A model generated the notes under the pieces. The model worked only from the letters and a program-made list of their open reading frames with translations, ran no database searches and had not been told where the DNA came from. A stretch of 64,000 bases of DNA, taken from contig NW_013657622.1 of the NCBI RefSeq assembly GCF_000142905.1, forward strand, positions 124,001-188,000, written 5' to 3'. A program made the translations under genes and the position numbers. Origin of the DNA: Thecamonas trahens ATCC 50062 (Eukaryota; Protista; Apusomonadida). Positions 56,502-64,000 of this stretch are shown here, in pieces; the first letter of the stretch is position 1, and the number at the start of each line of letters is the position of its first letter.

Positions 56502-59500
56502 CGAGCCAGATCCGTCTTGCGGAATCAAGGTAAAGTGACGAATCGGCAGCGAGACAATCCGATCGACGAGCCGCTTGGTGGAGAGCCTGCTGGCGGGCTG
56601 GCGGGCCCAGCAGTCGTATAGGAGCGAGGCCATGTCCGGAGACAGGGAGTCCATGTCGTCGGGCATGACGCGTGCGGCGAGCAGGGCCTCAGTCGACGCG
56701 CCAAATGCCGGCTTGCCGGTCAGCAGCTCGTAGACGAGACAGCCAAAGGCAAAGATGTCACTGGCGGGCGTCGGCTCGGTGGCCGTTCCGTCGGCGAGCT
56801 CGGGGGCGAGGCCAGCGAGGCCCGGGTCCTCGCGGGCTTGCCCGGTGGCGGCGAGCAGACGATTGAGCCCACAGCCATCGACAAAGACGGTTTGACTCGC
56901 ATCGGGAGCCTTGAGCATGACGTTGTTCGGTCGTAACGCGCCGTGCACTATGTCGTGGTTGTGGAGGACTGCCAGTCCATGTGCTACGCTGCGGACCGCA
57001 GTGTTAACAAAGACAGCCGAGCGGCGTCCGTCGCGGATGGCCGAACCAAGTGAGCCGAGACGGTAGAACGGGAGGACAACACCAACAAACGGCTTGGTCG
57101 CACACACACCGACCGGAACGACAAAGATCTCGCGGACCTCGCAAGGGAGCAGCGCCCACGACGCCAGTTCGGTCACGAGCGTCACAAGCGGCTTAACAGT
57201 CACGCTGCCTTGACTGAGCAAAGACTTGATCACCACCGGCATGCCCTTGTAGTTACTCACCAGCATGCGACACACGGTGCTGGCACCGGCCTCGCTCCCG
57301 CGCATAATCATAGACCGCATGACTGGGACCGAGAGCACGAGCTCGCACTTGAGCCGTGACGCCAGCGTCAGCGCCATGCGCAACTGCGAGGCCGAGCGCG
57401 AGCGCGACAGCTGGCGCGAGCGCGAGCGCGACAGTTGCTTCGACGATGACGTTCTCTTCCCCAAACGCCGGTTTTCCACCAGCGATTCGTGGAGTGAGAG
57501 CCGTGTCGGAAGCCGGGGCAGCGTCACCTCGGACGGCATACCGGCGAGCTCGAGGTTGGGTGCTGTTTTCGACAGCGACGGGTGGTCTATATCGAGCTGT
57601 ATCATCGGCAGCCGACGGTTGGCGCCGCTGCCGTCAGTGGCAGGCAGCACTTGCGACGCCTTGCGCTTGACCTTGTCCTCGTCCTCGTCATCGACTTTGC
57701 CCTTGTCGGGTGACGACAGCGACGATGGTGGCGACGGCTTGAGCTGTGTGGTATCGGGCATACCGGGCTTGGGCTCATTCGAATCGGCGCCGGGCGCATC
57801 GGGTGCGCCGGCCGACGACGGGCAGAGTTCGGTGACAACAGAAACTGAGCTCTCGGAGGCTCTACGGGCGAGCTGCGGAGCGCCTTGCGGCCGCTCAACA
57901 AGCTGCGGGTGAGCCATGAGACCACGCCGGCCATTGGACCACGAGGCGACACGTGGAGGGCAGCGGGGAGCTGGCGGGAGCAGGGCGCTTACAGGCGTGC
58001 CCGAAGGCGAGTGCGAGGTGCCACGGGTGTGGGCATGGAGGTGAGTCCGCGACGCCATGGGGGAGGCCGACATTGAGAACGAGCCAGACGGCCCGCCGGC
58101 CCGCGAAGTTGACATGACTGTGCCTAGGGCAGGACATGAGAGGTCGCAGCGGTCTGAGATCAGCTCGAGGAGGGCGCCTGGGACGAGCTTAATGAGGCGA
58201 AGGGTGGGGCGGGGGACGGAGAGGCAGGCCGAGCTGAGGGCGGCCTTGATGCTTGGCTTGAGGCCTGGGTCGACAAAGAAGCCGTAGTTTCGGCCTGCAG
58301 CGGCGGCGGCTTCAGTGACGCTAGCCATGGCACAGACGACGGGCCCGCGGAAGACCCACTGGTGGTCGGCGGCTGCGGTGCCGGGCATGAGCTCCGAAGT
58401 GATGTCACCCTCAGCGGCGACGACAAAGAATGGCGGGTGCGCGGCCTCATGACCGGCGGCGAGGGCATCATAGCAGGCGTCGGCAAAGTCGAGGAGCTGG
58501 CGCGGAAGATCAAAGACGACCAGGGCGTCGCCAAGGGCCCAGTCGACGAGCGAGGCGCGCGAGGCAGCAACAGCAGAGGCGAGCATGTCATGGAATGCGT
58601 GTAGGGCGCGGCGGGCCTCAAGAGGGTCGTGCGCCAGCAAGGCCTTGCCGCTCGGACACGAGATGGTGGCGGCGAAAACATGGCCTGAGGGGCGGGCCTT
58701 GCGGACCGGAAGCTGGACCTTGGCTAGAGTGAACCTCGAGCAGAGAGTACTGGCGAGGGCAGCCGCCGAGGGCCGCTCGCGCGGGAGATGGTCCCACGCC
58801 GAGGCAACGAGTGGGACGAGGTCTGCAGCCCACGGCGGGATGTTGACGAGCGCGGGACGTGAGGTGCCGTGAACGACTTCAAGGGCAAGAGCGGCGATGC
58901 CTGAAGTCGGGTGGTAGGGCTCGTCGCGAGTGAGAAGCTCCCAGAGGACGATGGCGAACGAATAGATGTCGCTGGAGGGCGCGACGGCGTCAGCGCCACC
59001 TGCAAGGACTTCGGGAGCCGACCAAAAGACGTTTGTCCAATTCGATGAGGCCTTGGATGTCGTCGAGATTGAAGAAGCGACCGAGAGCAGGCCAAGCGAA
59101 GTGACAGCCTGGTTCGAGTACATACCGAGCTCAATGCCTGCAGGCTGGGGCCGACGCGGCGCGAGCCGCAGCACACACGCGAGCACCACGAGCGGGGCTT
59201 GGGAACCGAGTACGAGGAGAGCGATGAGGTCGGCGAGGTGACAGATGAAGAGGGAGGCGAGGCGCAGTGTGGCTGATGGGCGACGGAGAGGCCGGCAATT
59301 TTGGGGACCCAGCCGGCGGCGAGGAGGATGTTGAACGAAGAGAGCGAGCCGTGAGTGAGGCCACCAGACGTGTGGAGGTAGTCGAGGCCAGCGGCGATGG
59401 AAGCGGCCCACCAGAGGCGGAGCTCTGCACCGAGATCGAGCGAGTAGTCGTGAAGGACAGCATGAAGCGAGCCGTGCGGAGCATGTTCGAGGACGAGGCT

Positions 59501-62086
59501 GGGCGGCTTTGGGAGGACGCCGAGGACGCTGAGAATGTTGGGGTGATGTAGCGGGACAACGGCAGCGGCGTGGGTGCGGAGGCGGGCTAACACGGCGCGG
59601 GAGCCAGAGCGGTTCTCCTTGACGGCGACGTGGATGCCGCGCCACTTGGCGAGGTACACGGTGGCCTGGGCCGAGGTGGCGATGAGATTGAGCCGGCTAA
59701 TGTCTGCGGAGCGGAGGAGGTAGTCGTCTGCGCGGGGGCAGGCAGGGGAGCGAAGACGAGGCAACATCAGGGCCTGTGCATCACGGCGCCGACGGAGACA
59801 GACGGCAGTGGTGATGACTGCAGCGATAACGATGATGATGATGCATGCGATGATGACCACGGAAACAGTGAGAAGCAGCGATGACGACGGCGGAAGCGGT
59901 GACACGGGCAGCGGCGGGTTAAAGATCGAGTCGGACAGAATGGACTTGCCGTCGCATGTGGCCTGGGCGAGGATGGCGAGGATGCTGGCGGCGTTGTCTT
60001 GCGGGAGCCCGGCGAGCCCGGCTTCGTTTGCGGCCATGGCGGGGATGTGCGAGGTGAGGATCCATTCGACAAAGTGGGCAAAGAGCGCGCGCTGGCGGCA
60101 GGAAGACTGTGAGGATCGTGGGGTGGAGAGAAAGGTGAGCGCAGCGAGCGGGTAGGCAAGTTCGGCATCAGGGTCAACGACAACTTGCGGGGGCGGCGAC
60201 GAGGTGATGTGTGAGATGTTGCGGATGCCTGCTGCTGTTGCTGCTGCCGAGGGGAGGACAGCGTTGTTGTGGGCGTTGACCACAGCTGCGAGCGGCAGAC
60301 CCGAATTGATGACGAGCGGGAGCGGAACAAAGGCGATACCGCCGGTGTCTGTGGCGGCGGTGAGGCCAGCGATGAGCTCAAGGTGTGAGGTGTGCCAGAT
60401 GTCGCAGCGACGGACGCTTGCGGCGGATGGGGTAGATCCGATGGCCGAGGCGAGGGCGGCGTCGATGGCGGCGACGAGGGGCGAGGGCCCAGCGAGGGCG
60501 TGGAGGCATAGTGTGGCGTTGTGCGGGAGCCAGGGGGCGAGCTCGGGGTTGAGGGCAAGGAGCTCGGGGGATGTCCACTCTGTGACAGAGCCGGAGAGGA
60601 TGGCGGCGACAAGGTCGATGGAGACGATGAGGCGTGCGGCCGTGGGCGGAAGGGTTGGCAGCTTGTAGACGACAGCGATGGGGTAGGCAAAGGTGGGGAC
60701 GACGACTGAGGCGCCGTTAAGGTCGGAGAGCTGCGAGTCTGAACCCTCAAAACGTCGAGGTAGACCGAGGACGACGACGAGTAGCGGATAGGATTGTCTG
60801 TGAGGACGGCGAAGCGAGCGCTGAGGTCACGGTAGAGGTCTGCGGCGAGGGTGGGCCCAGAGCCCGATGCCATGGCGATGAGAGGGAGTGAGGGCGAGGC
60901 GTTGCAGACGACACGCTTGAGGGCGAGAAGGGTTGCGTCGAGGTCTGCGACCTGGAGCGGGGCGTGGCCTGTGATGGCGAGAGCGTCGTCTTGGAGCGAT
61001 AGGAGAAAGGCGAAGCGGGCGACGGTGGCGGCGAGGGCGGTGCAATAGTCGTCGACGACGGCGCGGCGTGAGTGCGGGAGGATGGCGTACTCGCGGTAGA
61101 GGAGCGGCCAGGCCCCGGCGTCGCGGACGGTGTCGTAAGTGAGAGGCACAGGGTCTGTGACAGGTGCAGCGGCGATTGAGGAGTGCCGAGTGCTCGGGAT
61201 GAGTGCCGGGACGGTAAAGGCGTGGCGCCAGGAGCGGGCCCAAAGCTCCGAGGTGATGATGGTGAAGGCGTTGGGGTGGAAAAGGCGATTTCGGCGGCGG
61301 AGGTCATGGGGACGAGTGGGAGCGACAGCGGTGTGACGTCCAAGACGGCCGCGACGACCGGGTCCGGGTGACGGATGATGCGGATGGCGGCGTTGGGGAG
61401 CGAGCCGGCGCAGCCCGGGTTGAGGGCGACGATGGCCGGGTGGTGCCAGTGGGCGACGTTGCCGATCCAGATGTCACGGAGCAGGTCTGTGGAGAGGATG
61501 AGCGAGGAGACCGAGGGGATGTTGACAATCGGGACGAGGTACGACGAGACGAGCGGAAGCGGCGGCGTGAGCTGCGAGGTGCAGCCATGCGCGTGGCTCT
61601 GCGGGCAGTACGAGGCGAGAAAGGTGGCTGGATTGGCGAGGCCAGCAGCCAAGACGCTGGTGGTGTGCGTTTCCGAGGTAGACGACGGCGTCTGCATCAG
61701 GTGCTCGACGGCGGTGGTGGCATCGTGGGGAGCAGCCGGATACTTGCCAGGCCTGCGCTTGCTAGTACTGGCGTGAGCAGGATCGATTGCGAGGCGGGAG
61801 CAACTGAGTAGACGTTGCTGGCGGTTGTCGAGTAGTAGGTCATATCATCGACTTGCTCATGATCTTCAACAGGCGCAGTGGTACCATCGTCCACAGCATG
61901 AAGATGTGGTATATGATGCGAGAGGAGGTATTCCAAAGATGATGATCCCGTCAACTGTGCAATGACTTGAGAATCGTCATCGTCAGCATGAGAAGCATAG
62001 ACAACGACCCAAGTGGAGGTACTCAGCAAGCAGGTAAATATCATGACCGTTACCATGACCAGGCCGACCCGCATGCTATGTCGCAT
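56487..62086 (-). CDS. Receptor-like protein: signal peptide, two PstS/PBP-like domains, TM, TKL kinase, class III cyclase-like domain, second kinase; four apparent frameshifts (~61728, ~61275, ~60750, ~59148)
   Basis: LRDIWIGNVAHWHHPAIVALNP and AAILSGSVTEWTSPELLALNP (PstS); TM LLLTVSVVIIACIIIIVIAAVITTAVCL; WRGIHVAVK...HHPNIL...WSAPEVL...SDIYSFAIVLWELLT; cyclase-like ARRALHAFHDML...GDALVVF...FRGPVV; second kinase ...APEL...SDIFAFGCLVYELLTGK. Confidence 0.8.
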
Positions 62087-62313
62087 GGTGACCAGAGGTT
62101 GGGATGTGAGGAGAGAGGGCCTTATTTTGGTTTTTTGTACGAGGGGGGGTAGTTGCGAGAAAAAGTTCAGGTGCCCGACCCGATCGGTCCCTGCGGGAGT
62201 TGGTTAGGGGCAGCGCACGCGTGACGCTGCGCCGTGGTGCGGGAGGGCGGGTGGTGCGGGGAGGGAGGGTGGGGAGGGGTGGCGAGGGAGGAGGGGGGGG
62301 GGGGGGGGGGTGT

Positions 62314-62413
62314 NNNNNNNNNNNNNNNNNNNNNNNNNNNNNNNNNNNNNNNNNNNNNNNNNNNNNNNNNNNNNNNNNNNNNNNNNNNNNNNNNNNNNNN
62401 NNNNNNNNNNNNN
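62314..62413. other. Assembly gap
   Basis: N run after a poly-G tract. Confidence 1.
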
Positions 62414-62430
62414 CAAGAGAAAAGCCGCTC

Positions 62431-62810
62431 AAAATATTTTGAATATCCCCGCTTCTAGCACTTTTCTCGTCTCTTTCATGGTTGATGAGCTATGACTACG
62501 CGGAGGCGGCGGGCGTGCTAGAGACGGTAAAGAAGAAGAGGGCAGCAGGGTATCGAGTTCGATCTCAAAGGCAGAGGGGCTGTGAGGAGGAGGGGGGGGG
62601 AGAGGGGAGTGCTTGACAGCATGTCGAAAGGCCCGCGAAAATATTTTGAATATCCCCGCTTCTAGCACTTTTCTCGTCTCTTTCATGGTTGATGGGCTAT
62701 GGCTAAGCGGAGGCGGCGGGTGTGCAAGAGACAGCGGAAACGCAGAGGGCGGCAGGGCCGACAGCAGGGTGCAGCAGGGCATCGAGTTCGACCTCAAAGG
62801 CGAGCGGATC
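62431..62810. repeat. Local tandem duplication of the SWSAP1 3' end and 3' UTR
   Basis: AAAATATTTTGAATATCCCCGCTTCTAGCACTTTTCTCGTCTCTTTCATGGTTGATG occurs at ~62431 and ~62638, each followed by related GCGGAGGCGGCGGG...ATCGAGTTCGA sequence. Confidence 0.88.
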
Positions 62811-63747
62811 CGGGTGGCCATTGAAGTCGACGACGGAGAAGACAAAGTGCATGCCGGGAGGCCCGCCAGCAGCGACAGCGACGGTGTCGATCCAGTGCTG
62901 GACAAGGAAGAGCTCGGGCGGGAGCGGGTAAGCGCGAGAGGCTGAGATGCGGGCGGTGTCGGCGAGCGACTCGAGGAGGAGGATGTGCGCCGAGGCGCCG
63001 GGGCGCAGGATGCGGTCGCCAACGTGCTCGGCGGCGTCGGCAAGGAGCGCGATGGTGCGGGCAAGGTCGTCAGCGTGCGAGGCGTCACCAGCCGGGATGA
63101 GATCGAGCAGAGAGTCGACGATGATGACCGCCGGGAGCTCGTCGTCGGGCAGCTCGTGGAGATGGGCGGCGTAGCGCCGCAGATCTGCGGCCGAAGACAG
63201 GTACTTGAGACCGATGCGGGCAAGAAGGTCGCTAGTAGGCACCGCGTCCGGTGCGGGAAGCTCCTCGGGCGTGGACGGCGGCGCCGGCGAGGTGGCGGGA
63301 GCGGGAGCAGAAGCAGAAGCAGAAGCAGAAGCAGAAGCATAAGCAGAAGCAGAAGCACGAGCGGGCGACCTTTTCCGGCACTGGCAGTTGATCGTGATCG
63401 TGATCGTGATCGTGATCGCGGTCGAGGTCGTGGTCATGGCCAAGGTCGGCTGGCTGGTCGTGGGCACGGGCAAGAAGCGAGTCACGAAAGGGAAGGACAG
63501 GGCCAAACGGAGCGTGCGAGTTGCGGGAGGAGGTGAGCCAGTGGATGCGTGTGGCTGGGCTCGCGCCTGCCATGCTCAGCGCGTACTGCAAACCGAGCGA
63601 GAGGCCAAGCCGGGTGGAAGGGTCAGAGAAGACAATGGTCCGCCCACGGCCATAGCCCCCGCCGTCGCACATGGCGGCCGAGGCGCGGGCGAGAGCCTCG
63701 CCGGCGACGGTGTCAGGTGGGGCAAAGAAGAGCTTGCTAAGGTCCAT
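62703..63747 (-). CDS. SWSAP1: SWSAP1-like RAD51/RadA paralog (Shu complex); junction near 63300-63480 unresolved (intron or indel)
   Basis: LLARIGLKYLSSAADLRRYAAHLH...PAVIIVDSL...ARTIALLADAAEH...LVQHW parallels SWSAP1 LQKIRFQYPPSTRELFRLL...PSLLLLDGL...LIALLLDTAAH...LLQRY. The N-terminal frame (ATG 63747) differs from the C-terminal frame. Confidence 0.65.
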
Positions 63748-64000
63748 GAGCAGCTGGAGAGATGTGGCTAGCAGGAAAGGAGTGGGGGGTGGTGTTGTGG
63801 CATTGCGACTTGGAGTGTTAGGTGGGGGGGGGGGAGGTGGTGTGAAACCCATTTGGTGGCGGGATAGGTGAATTTGATGACGCCAGTAGTCGCAGTTGTG
63901 GAACCTAAATGAGCTTTTTCGGCATCAGGTCGTCTCGTATGGCTCTGATCAAAACGAAGTCAACGTCGAATCGAACATAAAACGTTCGAATGAAGATCTT

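Noticed and set aside
56487-62086. Endogenous giant-virus insertion, suggested by the mimivirus-like receptor architecture
   Set aside because: No viral hallmark genes, no compositional break, and host-type neighbours on both sides.
1-64000. Prokaryotic origin, operons, tRNA/rRNA genes or transposons
   Set aside because: Spliceosomal introns and eukaryote-specific genes are present. No cloverleaf, rRNA, transposase or reverse-transcriptase motifs were recognised by eye; tRNAscan-SE, Infernal and RepeatModeler would be needed to exclude them.

Overview
GC-rich, gene-dense eukaryotic nuclear DNA with GT-AG spliceosomal introns and four N gaps. RasGEF, dynamitin, PLK4, tepsin and a PstS-kinase-cyclase-kinase receptor point to a non-plant flagellate protist; an apusomonad such as Thecamonas is my guess, not proven. 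I reconstruct about 22 protein-coding genes: MAU2/Scc4, a mitochondrion-targeted Whirly-like ssDNA-binding protein, a J-domain multi-pass membrane protein, LisH-RasGEF, an isochorismatase-domain protein, an SBBP beta-propeller membrane protein, a secreted unknown, DCTN2, GLDC, TVP38/TMEM64, tepsin, an AKAP9/pericentrin-like coiled coil, PLK4, an MGRN1/LOG2-type RING ligase, an unknown with a GLEBS-like motif and RRM, a large SH3/filamin protein ending in DDEWE, a small CX3C protein, a tandem pseudo-PARP, a GT37 fucosyltransferase, a giant coiled coil, a pseudo-enzymatic receptor kinase and SWSAP1. Many genes have a short first exon followed by one intron rich in G/C tracts, often with its own minisatellite. 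About 15 reading-frame breaks are each repaired by adding one base, mostly to a homopolymer run; these are most likely sequencing undercalls. The highlights are the Whirly and GT37 'plant-type' genes in a non-plant, a candidate new Arp2/3-binding protein, and a perfect 28-bp palindromic double E2F site in the PLK4 intron. No rRNA, tRNA, CRISPR array or transposon was recognised. All family calls come from motif recognition by eye; no database search was run.
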